A DNA stretch of 64,000 nt from an uncultured delta proteobacterium (GTDB taxonomy: Bacteria; Desulfobacterota; Binatia; Binatales; Binataceae), in assembly GCA_963808235.1 (NCBI GenBank), contig CAWEEQ010000001.1:160001-224000 (forward strand), read 5' to 3'. The notes beneath the pieces are model-generated. The model had not been told where the DNA came from. It saw only the letters and a list, made by a program, of their open reading frames with translations, and made no database searches. Below, in pieces: positions 48,199 to 57,536 of this stretch (its first letter is position 1; the number at the start of each line of letters is the position of its first letter). A program made the translations under genes and the position numbers.

Positions 48199-48750
48199 CT
48201 AATCTGGGCCCGGTGGCTGAAGCAGCAGGGCGAATCCATCGGCGTTATGAAAATCTGGTTTGTCGGCCGGATGGCGAAGCGCCCAGTACGAGAGCCCATC
48301 TCTCGTCTCGATAACCGCCGAGAGCCCGATACGGAGCACAGCACGTGGGTGGATGGCAGACAGACGATCGAGCCTAACGAGGGCGTCGAGCTCAAGCTGG
48401 CTGCCGGTTGAGCGCAACGCAATCTGCGGGCGCATCTTTTCACTCAGAACAGGACCGCCGTTGCGATAGTCGCGAAACGCGTAGACGGTCCACTCTCCCG
48501 ACGGCGCGAAGTTGAATTCGTGATACGCCGGCTGCCCTTCGAGCGCGATGAAGGCCTCGAAACAGGTGTGGCGCCAGAGTTCCGTCGCGCCCGGCGGAGA
48601 GATCGAGATTCGCGGAATATCTCCATCGAGGCGGAAGGTCATCTGGAGTTCAGCGCTCGCGGAACGGCGTACGAGCACCCCGATGGTGCGCACCGCCCGA
48701 GCGCGTGTCGACGGATGGCACCTGAGCTCGATCCAGTGTTCGACGGTCAT
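48199..48750 (-). CDS. DOMON-like domain protein
   Basis: LWRHTCFEAF, YHEFNFAPSGEW..Y.F.DYR, SYWAL.H...PDFH. Confidence 0.85.
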   Translation of the reverse strand: MTVEHWIELRCHPSTRARAVRTIGVLVRRSASAELQMTFRLDGDIPRISISPPGATELWRHTCFEAFIALEGQPAYHEFNFAPSGEWTVYAFRDYRNGGPVLSEKMRPQIALRSTGSQLELDALVRLDRLSAIHPRAVLRIGLSAVIETRDGLSYWALRHPADKPDFHNADGFALLLQPPGPD

Positions 48751-48855
48751 GACAGGCTCGCCGGCCAAGCTGCTCCCATTGGTCGAAGATACCGGCGAAA
48801 GGCGCGGTCGTCGAGTTGCTTGCGTCGTCGCTCGGAAAGTTACGACATGCCGCCT

Positions 48856-48880
48856 GTAACAATCGCAATGGCGTTCAGAA
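48856..48880 (+). promoter_or_regulatory. ECF-type promoter upstream of the sigma factor
   Basis: GTAAC-N16-AGAA. Confidence 0.45.
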
Positions 48881-49064
48881 GTAAGTTATGCGCGCGAGCG
48901 TCTTCAAGATGGCAGATCGCCGATATTTAAATGGACTCCCTCTGGAGTATTCCTTGTCTGGCGCAGTCCCCCTCAATCCGATATGCGATACGTCTTGGGC
49001 TATTCCGTGGGCGCGATGCCCCCAGCGGTCGACGTTCGTGACCAGGAAAATAGACAGCATCGCT

Positions 49065-49589
49065 ATGGAGCGAAGCCGCAGGCGGGCCGAGATGATGGCC
49101 CGCGTGCAGGACGGCGACAGCGAGTCTTGCCGGGCGCTGCTGGACGATATTGGTCCAATTCTGACGAACTTTTTGCGCCGCCGGATTGCAGATCGTAACG
49201 AGCTCGAGGACGTTTACCAGGACACTCTGATGGCGTTTTTCGAGGCGCGGCACACCTATCAACCGTCGCGCCCGCTGGAGCCGTGGCTGTTCGCGATCGC
49301 GCGAAACGTTGCCGCGGATCATGCACGTCACTACTGGACGCGCGCTCGAGTCGAACAGCTGACCGACGAGATGCCTGAACGGACCGCGTCCGAAGAGCCG
49401 CGATCGGATCCTAGCCTGCAAGACGCGATGGTTAAGCTGCCTGATCAGCAACGTGAGGCATTTTCGATGCTGAAACTGGAAGGCCTGTCGATCGAGCAAG
49501 CGGCTCAGCGCACCGGAATCAGCGTCGGAGCGCTAAGGGTCAGAGCGCATCGGGCGTACAAGACATTGAGGAAATTGATCGGTGAGTGA
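49065..49589 (+). CDS. ECF sigma factor (ECF16/SigF-like)
   Basis: EDVYQDT, HTY.PSRPLEPWLFAIAR, region 4 RVRAHR; followed by NrsF; alternative GTG start at 49038. Confidence 0.9.
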   Translation: MERSRRRAEMMARVQDGDSESCRALLDDIGPILTNFLRRRIADRNELEDVYQDTLMAFFEARHTYQPSRPLEPWLFAIARNVAADHARHYWTRARVEQLTDEMPERTASEEPRSDPSLQDAMVKLPDQQREAFSMLKLEGLSIEQAAQRTGISVGALRVRAHRAYKTLRKLIGE

Positions 49590-50271
49590 ATTGATGAATC
49601 GCTCCCCAGTGAGCCATGAAACGCTGCACCACGAGATGGTGGAGCGAATCGTCGCCGATCTGCGACCAGTCCGCCGGTTGTGGCCGACGAGCTTGAGGTT
49701 GGCGCTGTGGGTGGCACTTGAGATGGCGGTGCTGCTCCTGATTGTGGTTCATACGGGACGGGCGAATCTCATGCTGCGGCTTGCAGATCCCTGGTACCTG
49801 ATCGGTTTCGGAGGTTTTGCGGCCACTGGCGTGATCGGCGCCGCGTTTGCGCTGCGTTCAGCCGTGCCCGGCGATGAACCCCGACCGATCGGGCTCGGCC
49901 TGCTGCTCTCGGTTGCCGCGGCGTCTGCTTTGCTGCTGGTCCATCAGCCGTTCAACGGAGCGGTGCCTCTGCGCAATTTCATTGACCAGGGAATGCCCTG
50001 TGCGGTGGGGATCTTGATGCTGGCGGCCATTCCGTGGCTCGCATTGACGGTTGCAGTATGGCGCGGTGCGCCACTATCGGCAGGACGCGACGGAGCCTTG
50101 GTCGGTGCCGCGGCATTCTTGAGCAGTTTTGCCCTGATGCGAGTGAGATGCCCAATTGACGAAGGGATGCATCTGTTTGTCTGGCACTTTCTGCCTGCGC
50201 TGGCGGGAATCGCGCTCTCCGCTTCAGTCGGACTGTGGCTGTTCAAGAGACGGATCAGTCATCAGGGCTGA
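49582..50271 (+). CDS. NrsF (DUF1109) anti-sigma factor
   Basis: DLRPVRR, six TM helices, SAVPG, RGAP, C-P-D...H...WH. Confidence 0.85.
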   Translation: MSELMNRSPVSHETLHHEMVERIVADLRPVRRLWPTSLRLALWVALEMAVLLLIVVHTGRANLMLRLADPWYLIGFGGFAATGVIGAAFALRSAVPGDEPRPIGLGLLLSVAAASALLLVHQPFNGAVPLRNFIDQGMPCAVGILMLAAIPWLALTVAVWRGAPLSAGRDGALVGAAAFLSSFALMRVRCPIDEGMHLFVWHFLPALAGIALSASVGLWLFKRRISHQG

Positions 50272-50768
50272 GTCGCGGCTGCATCGGGGACGGCTGTAGG
50301 CGCATGAATCGCGGAGCGGATCAGGTAGTCCACGCTCACGACGCCGGGGCCCGAAACGAGCAGCCAGAAATAGGCTAGTGCGTACAACGGCTCGTCCAAC
50401 TCAACGAAGTCGTTGAGGCCAGTAACGCTCTTCATTTTCACCGTGATTATCGCCACGGCCATGTTGATCATCATTGGGACAGAAACGACGCGAGTACCAA
50501 GTCCGGCTACGGTGAGTGCTCCGCCGATGCATTCCGTGTACGCCGAGAGCGCGGCGTTGAAAGCCGGATGAGGGATGCCCCATTGCATGAAGTGCTGGGC
50601 AAAGGCGTCAAGGTTGTGCAACTTGGCCCATCCCGTCTCGAAGAAAAAGTATCCCACGAACAGCCGGACCATCAGCGGCGCCAGCCACTGGAATGATGAG
50701 AGCATTCGCAGGGTTTCATCCGCCGAAAGTGTTACCGATTTAAAAGTTACCGACTTAAAACCGACCAT
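50262..50768 (-). CDS. DoxX family protein (BufD-like)
   Basis: RLFVG.FF..GW.K, F...GIP.P, E..GG...GLGTR, GPG.VSVD. Confidence 0.88.
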   Translation of the reverse strand: MVGFKSVTFKSVTLSADETLRMLSSFQWLAPLMVRLFVGYFFFETGWAKLHNLDAFAQHFMQWGIPHPAFNAALSAYTECIGGALTVAGLGTRVVSVPMMINMAVAIITVKMKSVTGLNDFVELDEPLYALAYFWLLVSGPGVVSVDYLIRSAIHAPTAVPDAAATQP

Positions 50769-50791
50769 CTGAATCAGCCTCTGACGGAAAC

Positions 50792-50875
50792 TACCTCGCG
50801 CCGCCCGAAAAGTTACGGCCTTCGGGCTCCGATTGGTACGAAACGGTGCTGTAACTTTTGAGCTCAATCCGGGAA
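50792..50875. promoter_or_regulatory. Divergent ECF promoter pair (doxX and bufA)
   Basis: Minus strand: GTAAC(50816-50812)-N16-GGTA; plus strand: GTAAC(50851)-N16-GGAA; both begin GTAACTTTT. Confidence 0.55.
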
Positions 50876-50983
50876 TACCACACCATTGGCCAGTTGAGAT
50901 GCATGCGGCCGCGGATCGAGCGGATCGCGCTGAAAGACCGGCCATTAAAAAACCCCTCCGCGATGCGGAACAGGAGATAACGA

Positions 50984-51265
50984 ATGAACAAGGGAACGAA
51001 GGGTGCAATTCTTGCCTCAGCAGTTGCGGCGCTGTTTTTTGCGTCGGCGGCAATGGCCCAGGACTCGGGAGCGGCTCCGTCGAGCGGCTCCGAGATGAAA
51101 GCCGCTAGCACGAAGTGCCTGGGCGCCAACTCCTGCAAGGGGCAGAGCTCCTGCAAGAGCGCGCAGAACGACTGCAAGGGTCAGAACGGCTGCAAGGGCA
51201 AGGGCTTTGTGATGACCTCGAGCCCGGACGAGTGCACGCAGAAGGGCGGGCATACCGCTTCGTAG
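50984..51265 (+). CDS. BufA2-like six-cysteine periplasmic bufferin precursor
   Basis: Signal peptide, then C.G.NSCKGQSSCK...NDCKGQNGCKGKG.....EC...GG; CAGGAG RBS. Confidence 0.85.
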   Translation: MNKGTKGAILASAVAALFFASAAMAQDSGAAPSSGSEMKAASTKCLGANSCKGQSSCKSAQNDCKGQNGCKGKGFVMTSSPDECTQKGGHTAS

Positions 51266-51278
51266 GAATCCGTATCGC

Positions 51279-51310
51279 GGGGAGCGCGCCGGACTGTCGG
51301 CGCGCTCCCC
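51279..51310 (+). other. Perfect 13-bp hairpin between the precursor gene and msrP
   Basis: GGGGAGCGCGCCG-GACTGT-CGGCGCGCTCCCC with no U tract. Confidence 0.8.
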
Positions 51311-51328
51311 ACACCGCGCCGACTGCCG

Positions 51329-52342
51329 ATGATGCCGAAAACGAACTCGCCTGCCGCGCGAGAGATCACGCCGGAGAAACTGTACCTGCGCCGGCGTGAA
51401 TTCATTCGCAACTCGTTGCTCTTCACCGCAACGAGCACCGGTGTTGGCAGTACATTGTTATGGTTGATGAAAGGCCTGCGGGCACAGGATCACAAGAAGG
51501 CAGCGGGAAGCGTGGCGTTGCCCAATCCGAACGAAGCCCCAGATGCCGGCGTTCTAACTATCTCGCGGCGCTCCGACTACGCCGCGGGCGAGGCGAAGAC
51601 CCCGTTCGAGAGCGTCACCACTTACAACAACTTCTACGAGTTCGGCACCGACAAGAGCGATCCGGCGCAAAACGCTTCCACGTTAAAACCGCGTCCGTGG
51701 ACTGTAACGATTGAAGGTGAGGTGGCCCGGCCGCAGGTCGTCGACATCGAGCAACTTCTCAAGTGGTTTCCGCTCGAGGAACGCGTATACCGGATGCGCT
51801 GCGTTGAGGCGTGGTCGATGGTCATACCGTGGGACGGATTCCCGCTTGCCGATCTGCTGCAGCGTGTCGGGCTGACTTCGCGAGCGAAATACGTCGCGTT
51901 CACATCGCTGCTCGATCCCGAGCAAATGCCGCGACAGCGCAGCGATCTTCTTCCATGGCCCTATGTCGAAGGTTTGCGGATCGATGAGGCGATGCATCCG
52001 CTCGCCATGTTGGCAGTGGGTCTTTACGGTCGTCAGCTGCCAAACCAGGACGGCGCTCCGCTAAGGCTGGTGGTTCCGTGGAAGTACGGATTCAAGGGAA
52101 TCAAGTCGATCGTCAAAATCCGTCTTACCGAGAATCAACCGCGAACTACCTGGAATCTGGCCGGGCCTGAAGAGTACGGCTTTTATGCAAACGTCAATCC
52201 CGCAGTGGATCATCCGCGTTGGAGCCAGGCTACCGAAAGGCGGATCGGCGAGTATCATCGGCGGCCGACGCTGCCATTCAATGGCTACGCGGAGCAGGTC
52301 GCAGGGCTTTACCGCGGAATGGATTTGAGCAGGTTCGTGTAG
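51329..52342 (+). CDS. msrP: Protein-methionine-sulfoxide reductase catalytic subunit
   Basis: Tat [46 protein letters not shown]. Confidence 0.96.
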   Translation: MMPKTNSPAAREITPEKLYLRRREFIRNSLLFTATSTGVGSTLLWLMKGLRAQDHKKAAGSVALPNPNEAPDAGVLTISRRSDYAAGEAKTPFESVTTYNNFYEFGTDKSDPAQNASTLKPRPWTVTIEGEVARPQVVDIEQLLKWFPLEERVYRMRCVEAWSMVIPWDGFPLADLLQRVGLTSRAKYVAFTSLLDPEQMPRQRSDLLPWPYVEGLRIDEAMHPLAMLAVGLYGRQLPNQDGAPLRLVVPWKYGFKGIKSIVKIRLTENQPRTTWNLAGPEEYGFYANVNPAVDHPRWSQATERRIGEYHRRPTLPFNGYAEQVAGLYRGMDLSRFV

Positions 52343-52344
52343 TC

Positions 52345-52956
52345 GTGGGATCCGCTACCGGTAACACACCGCTGCCCTGGCTTAAGCCCGCGGTGCTGAC
52401 AGGATCGCTCGTTCCGATCGCCGCGATTGCGATGCGCGCATCGACGAATGCGCTGGGTCCCGATCCGATTGCGCAGGCGCTGAACCAGCTTGGCCTGATC
52501 GCTCTGGTCTTCTTGATTGCGGCTCTGGCCTGCACGCCGCTCAAGGCGATCGCCGGTTGGACGTGGCCGATGCGCCTGCGCCGCATGCTTGGACTGCTTG
52601 CGTTCTTCTACGCCGCGCTACACGTCATCACTTACACGATGCTCGATCAGGGCTGGGACTGGCACGCGATTCTGGACGACATCCTGAAGCGGAAGTTTAT
52701 TCTGTTCGGATTTTCCACTTTTGTTTTACTGATTCCGCTGGCTCTGACTTCGACCAACCGGGCGCTCAGGCAGCTCGGTTACGTTCGCTGGAAACAGCTT
52801 CATCGCCTGGCCTACCTGGCTCCCGCGCTTGCCGTCCTTCATTTCACATGGAGGGTCAAACGCGACATACGGGAGCCGGTTACCTACGGGCTCATACTTG
52901 GGGCACTCCTGAGCATCCGGTTGATCGAGTACGTTCGTGAGCGCGCGGCTCAATAA
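52345..52956 (+). CDS. msrQ: Heme-binding subunit MsrQ
   Basis: LACTP, RRMLGL.AFFYA.LH, LALTS, WKQLHRLAY; directly after msrP. Confidence 0.93.
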   Translation: MGSATGNTPLPWLKPAVLTGSLVPIAAIAMRASTNALGPDPIAQALNQLGLIALVFLIAALACTPLKAIAGWTWPMRLRRMLGLLAFFYAALHVITYTMLDQGWDWHAILDDILKRKFILFGFSTFVLLIPLALTSTNRALRQLGYVRWKQLHRLAYLAPALAVLHFTWRVKRDIREPVTYGLILGALLSIRLIEYVRERAAQ

Positions 52957-53007
52957 ATCGAACAGACCAAACACTCCCCTACAAACAGGCTAAGGTTACC
53001 TAACAAC

Positions 53008-53910
53008 TTGATTGGCTTCACTCTAGCCGGTACGGTACTTCTACTGGCAGTAGGGATAGCTCAGTTGGGAACCTCGACGACCGATTTCGCATCCATAACG
53101 CTGGAGAGCAATGGAGTTCGGCTCTCCGCGCTCGAAAGGCGCGGCAAGGGGACCCCGATCGTGCTGATGCATGGGGCGGCCCGGAATGCTCTCTGCTTCA
53201 AAGCTCTCGCCGACGCGGTCGGCGGAAGGCATGTCATTGTGATCGATATGCCGGGCCACGGCGATAGTGCGCCAGCGTCCAGCTGGCAGATGGAAGATCT
53301 CGCCGAGCTGGTGTTCGATGCCATACGGCGGCGAGCTAGCGGCAAGGTGATCTGGGGCGGGCATTCGTGGGGTGGGAAAGTAGCAGCGATGATCGCCGCG
53401 CTTCATCCCGAGGCAGCATCCTCGCTAATCCTGCTCGATCCTTCCGCCGCGGCAGGTCTTGCGATCCCGGCCGAGATGCTTGTCGACGTTATGTTCGCGA
53501 GCGAGCTGGGTCCGTGGAACTCGCTCGACGAGGCCAAAGATGCAGCGCGCAGCCTTCCTCAGTATACGAATTGGAATCCAGACCTGGAGCGGGCTTTCGA
53601 GCGCGGCGTCGCACCCGGTCTCGATGGCAAATGGCGAGCCCGGATCTCGCGCGAAACGCTAATCGCGATCTGCGCCGCGGTCAGCAAAGATCATTCCACA
53701 GTCGTGCGCAAAGTCGCGTGTCCGACCCTCTTCGTCGTCGCCGATGAGAGCCTCGGCTGGCAGGAACCCAACTTCGACTTGATACCTCAAGCTACTCGCA
53801 TCGTCATCAAATCGAACCATTGGCTGATGTCAGGAAATCCCGTCGAACTACATCGCGCCGTCGGCAACTGGCTGAATGCCGTCGGCGGACGCGAAGCTCA
53901 GGCCGCCTGA
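53008..53910 (+). CDS. Alpha/beta hydrolase
   Basis: MHG, DMPGHG, GHSWGG nucleophile elbow, SNH. Confidence 0.88.
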   Translation: MIGFTLAGTVLLLAVGIAQLGTSTTDFASITLESNGVRLSALERRGKGTPIVLMHGAARNALCFKALADAVGGRHVIVIDMPGHGDSAPASSWQMEDLAELVFDAIRRRASGKVIWGGHSWGGKVAAMIAALHPEAASSLILLDPSAAAGLAIPAEMLVDVMFASELGPWNSLDEAKDAARSLPQYTNWNPDLERAFERGVAPGLDGKWRARISRETLIAICAAVSKDHSTVVRKVACPTLFVVADESLGWQEPNFDLIPQATRIVIKSNHWLMSGNPVELHRAVGNWLNAVGGREAQAA

Positions 53911-54065
53911 GCGGCCGCCCCGCGGTATTCAACCGCACTCCGCCTTTCGACGCTTCTCCGCCCTAGCTTGTGCCAAGCCGGGTCTCGGGCTAATCGTAGG
54001 CTCCGTACTTGACAGGGTAGACCGTAGATGGAGCCGATCGGCAAGTGCATTTTCCTTCTCACAAC

Positions 54066-54959
54066 ATGAGGCTTTCCGCACGTACGCATGATCTGCACGG
54101 CGTTCCGGCGACCTTGTTCGTGGCGCTCGCGGCGAGAGCGCTCGCGCCCATCGAGGCGCCGGAGCTCGGACTCGCGGAGCATCAGGCGGCGCAAATTCTG
54201 CGCAGACTCGAGATCGACCCGCGACAGTTCGCGCTCAACGCCAACGAGGTGCGGGCGGTAGCGCTGCGCTCACAATGGTTTGCTCAGACGACGCGAAAGT
54301 TCTTCGAACGCTACCCGCACGGATTGTGCGTCAACGTCGGTTGCGGGCTCAACGCCAGCTTTGAACAGGTGGCGGAAGCCGGTGGCGGCCGATTCACCTG
54401 GATAGATCTTGACCTGCCAGAAGTGATCGCGATCCGCCGGCAATTCTTCGTGGAGACTGAGCGACGCCGAATCATCGAAGGCGATATAACCGACGCAAGC
54501 CTGTTCAGCACGCTGCCATGGGCTCCCGGCGAGCCCGCGCTTATCCTCGCAGAGGGACTTCTCTACTACCTTAAGCCCGCGCAAGTCGAAGCGTTTCTCA
54601 GTGTGCAAGCGGATGCAGCCGACGCAAGGTGCGCAAATGTCGAGATTGCTTTCGACTACGTGAGTCCACTGGGCGCGTGGATCGTTGGGCAACGTCCTGC
54701 GCATCGGCAACTCGGAACCGCGTACGCGTGGACACTGCGACGGCCCAACGACTTGATCCGCATCGACCGGCGGCTCGAAGTCGTCGAGGACACCAACGTG
54801 TTCATGGGCGCGATGGGCCCCGGCGCGCGGCAAGTCAACACCATCTGCCGTGTCATCACCGGCGGCGAACTGGGCGGCTGCGCACATCTGAGACGAACTC
54901 CCAGCACGCTACCTGCTCGTGATAGCCTTCCACAATTATACCCGACTGGCGCCTGGTAG
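54066..54959 (+). CDS. Class I SAM methyltransferase (LCM/O-methyltransferase-like)
   Basis: NVGCGL, DLDLPEVI..RR, AEGLLYYL. Confidence 0.85.
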   Translation: MRLSARTHDLHGVPATLFVALAARALAPIEAPELGLAEHQAAQILRRLEIDPRQFALNANEVRAVALRSQWFAQTTRKFFERYPHGLCVNVGCGLNASFEQVAEAGGGRFTWIDLDLPEVIAIRRQFFVETERRRIIEGDITDASLFSTLPWAPGEPALILAEGLLYYLKPAQVEAFLSVQADAADARCANVEIAFDYVSPLGAWIVGQRPAHRQLGTAYAWTLRRPNDLIRIDRRLEVVEDTNVFMGAMGPGARQVNTICRVITGGELGGCAHLRRTPSTLPARDSLPQLYPTGAW

Positions 54960-54986
54960 CGCTTAATTTAAACCCGCCGTTCGAAT

Positions 54987-55487
54987 TTGTCGGAAGGGAA
55001 CCCGCAAGATGATAGACCGAGTTGGTCGCGTCGCAATTCAAATCTCCAGGCCAAGCGGATTCGTCGCATCGGCACGAGCGACGGCCTATTCATGTTGCTG
55101 ATTGCGATCCTCGCATCGAGCGCCCGACCTGCCGCCGCCCAGTCAGGCAAGCAGGATTACGTAACTTATTGCGCTGATTGCCATGGCTCCGACGCCAAGG
55201 GCAATGGGCCAGCGCTCGCGACCATCCCAATGACGCTGCCGCCATCCGATCTTACTCAGCTGGCGAAAAAAAATGGCGGGAAATTTCCGTTCGCGGAGGT
55301 CGTGGACACTATTGACGGTCGCAAGAATATACCGTCGCACGAGCGAATCCAGATGCCCTTCCTCGGAACAACCCTTCAGAAACCGGGCAAGGAGTTCACC
55401 TCAGAGAGCGATGCGGAGGTGAAGCGAAGAATCGAATCGATGGCTCGATACGTCGAGAGCCTCCAGCAGAAATCACGCCGCGCCTGA
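54987..55487 (+). CDS. c-type cytochrome
   Basis: YCADCHG..GNGP, DLT.L..KNGGKFP, IDGR...H...MP; start uncertain. Confidence 0.85.
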   Translation: MSEGNPQDDRPSWSRRNSNLQAKRIRRIGTSDGLFMLLIAILASSARPAAAQSGKQDYVTYCADCHGSDAKGNGPALATIPMTLPPSDLTQLAKKNGGKFPFAEVVDTIDGRKNIPSHERIQMPFLGTTLQKPGKEFTSESDAEVKRRIESMARYVESLQQKSRRA

Positions 55488-55735
55488 ACGCACTAGAGTC
55501 GGGCTCTACCGTAACCGGATTTTTCGTCATGTACTCCCGGACCAGCATTTTACCCTCCCGCGGAAATTCGCTCGAAGATAACTAAAGATGTCGCAAGAAT
55601 GAGACCATGCTTACAGTTCTCAAGATCAGTGGAGGAAAGGATAAAAGGGTGGTCAGAGTTGCTTCCGATCGATACACGGTGAGTCCCTTCGCTACTCAAC
55701 GCGGTCCTCATCGGAAGTATGCGATGGTTGATCCA

Positions 55736-56140
55736 CTAACGCGTCGCGCCAGCGAATGAGTGTAAAACTCTTTGTGTGAGTTCTCGATTTATTGGTTTCG
55801 AGGTGTAGTACTGAACGCGATATCCGCGCGCACGGCGCTCGGTCTCAGCACTGTGAATCGCCGCGATGTAGGCCACCAGAGCCTGCGGGGCGCGCTTTCG
55901 GACCTGGTCGAGAAGCCATCCGCGAATCGATTCGTCGACCGCCTCATTGTCGATCACAACTATCCTGACGCCGGGATTAAGCAGAAACGCGCGCGCCTGA
56001 TGCGGATCGGCAAATTTCTCGATGACCCACGAATTGCCGATGCATTCGGCGATCATATTCACGACCGATTGGTCGCGCGAGAAAACCGCTATCGCAAAGC
56101 GCCGGTCGATCGCGGCGGCGGTTTCCTTTTCGCGGGCCAT
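55736..56140 (-). CDS. Atypical stand-alone receiver domain protein
   Basis: Alternating beta/alpha pattern, IVVID, YTSKP; GGAG before ATG 56140. Confidence 0.65.
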   Translation of the reverse strand: MAREKETAAAIDRRFAIAVFSRDQSVVNMIAECIGNSWVIEKFADPHQARAFLLNPGVRIVVIDNEAVDESIRGWLLDQVRKRAPQALVAYIAAIHSAETERRARGYRVQYYTSKPINRELTQRVLHSFAGATR

Positions 56141-56254
56141 ACTCCAAGGCGTGAAGCGTGCCACTTTTGACTCCCGAGCCGGTACCGCGAAAAATTGTCA
56201 TAATTTTGGTTTTCTGGCGGACTTCTGCTAAGGATCTGTCTCCACTGGACGCAT

Positions 56255-56827
56255 TTGGAGCCGGCTCTGATCGTAGTGTGCGGGCTTTCCGGCACGGGCA
56301 AATCGACCGTCGCCCGCCTGCTGCAGCATCGCAACGGCTTTGCATCGATCAACTCGGACCGGGTCCGCAAACGTCTGGCGGCGGTTTCGGCGCACGAGCA
56401 CGTCCGCACCAGCTTTGGGAAAGACATTTATTCCGATCGTTTTACGAGGCTCACCTATGACGCGATGCTCCACGAAGCGGAGAGCCTGCTGAGCGACGGC
56501 CGCGGGGCAATTTTCGACGCAACGTTCAAATCAGCTGCCGACCGGCATCGTGCACTCGATCTGGCGGCGAAGAGCAACGTGCCAGTGCTGTTCGTCGAAT
56601 GCGTCGTCAGCGAAGACGAAGCGCTACGCCGCCTTAAGCTGCGCGAATCGAAACGCCGCGAAGTGTCGGACGCGACGCCGGAGATCTACGAAAAGCAACG
56701 CGCCGAGTTCGAGCCGACCCGGGAGATTCCATCGCGAAACCATCTGCGCATCGACACCACGCGCCAGCGCGAACAGATCGTCGCCGAAGTCGAGGACGCG
56801 CTCCAGCACCTCAGCCTGACGCGTTAG
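56255..56827 (+). CDS. AAA_33-type P-loop kinase, probably a detached C-terminal domain
   Basis: GLSGTGKST, SDRVRKRL, DATF, SDAT. Confidence 0.8.
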   Translation: MEPALIVVCGLSGTGKSTVARLLQHRNGFASINSDRVRKRLAAVSAHEHVRTSFGKDIYSDRFTRLTYDAMLHEAESLLSDGRGAIFDATFKSAADRHRALDLAAKSNVPVLFVECVVSEDEALRRLKLRESKRREVSDATPEIYEKQRAEFEPTREIPSRNHLRIDTTRQREQIVAEVEDALQHLSLTR

Positions 56828-57459
56828 CTGCGATAGAGCTCCGGATACTTTTCTTTTAGCGCTTCGAGTTTCGGCGCATCGTTGATCATGATGTATGGCT
56901 GATACGGATGCAAAGCGAGATAGTTCTGATGATACGCCTCAGCCGGATAGAAGCCGCCGAGCGGTACTACCTTGGTTACGATCGGCTTGTCGAACACCTT
57001 CTTCTGATCGAGTTGCGCGATGAAATCGTCCGCCGCTTTCTTCTGTTCGTCATCCGCATAGAAAATCGAGGACCGGTATTGAGTCCCTGAATCCGGGCCC
57101 TGTCGATTCAGTTCGGTCGGATCGTGAGCGACGAAAAAAAATACCTTCAACAGATCGTCGTACGACACCTGCGATGGATCATAGGTAACCTGCACTGACT
57201 CAGCATGTCCCGTCGTTCCGGTGCTGACGGTTTCATAGTTCGCGGTGTCGGCGCTTCCTCCCGCATATCCGGAAACAACTTTGGATACGCCTTTCACATG
57301 CTTGAAGACCGCGTCGACGCCCCAGAAACATCCACCGGAAAAAACCGCCGTGGCGCTCCTGTTGCCCTGGCTCTGCGCCAGAGCCGATGAACCGGCATTG
57401 ATCAGCAACGCCCCTACCGTCAGCAGCGCCGCGAGTCTCAACCGTGTCCGCAGTTTCAT
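56824..57459 (-). CDS. msrA: Peptide-methionine (S)-S-oxide reductase with signal peptide
   Basis: GGCFWG, SGYAGG, TGHAE, HDPT..NRQGPD.GTQYRS, AEAYHQNY. Confidence 0.95.
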   Translation of the reverse strand: MKLRTRLRLAALLTVGALLINAGSSALAQSQGNRSATAVFSGGCFWGVDAVFKHVKGVSKVVSGYAGGSADTANYETVSTGTTGHAESVQVTYDPSQVSYDDLLKVFFFVAHDPTELNRQGPDSGTQYRSSIFYADDEQKKAADDFIAQLDQKKVFDKPIVTKVVPLGGFYPAEAYHQNYLALHPYQPYIMINDAPKLEALKEKYPELYRS

Positions 57460-57510
57460 GGTTATGGTCATCCTCCAGCCTGGAAGGTGAAAATCTTCGT
57501 ACAAACTATT

Positions 57511-57536
57511 AACGCTGGATGCTCAGGTATGGTTCC
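57511..57536 (-). promoter_or_regulatory. ECF-type promoter of msrA
   Basis: GGAAC-N17-CGTT on the minus strand. Confidence 0.55.
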
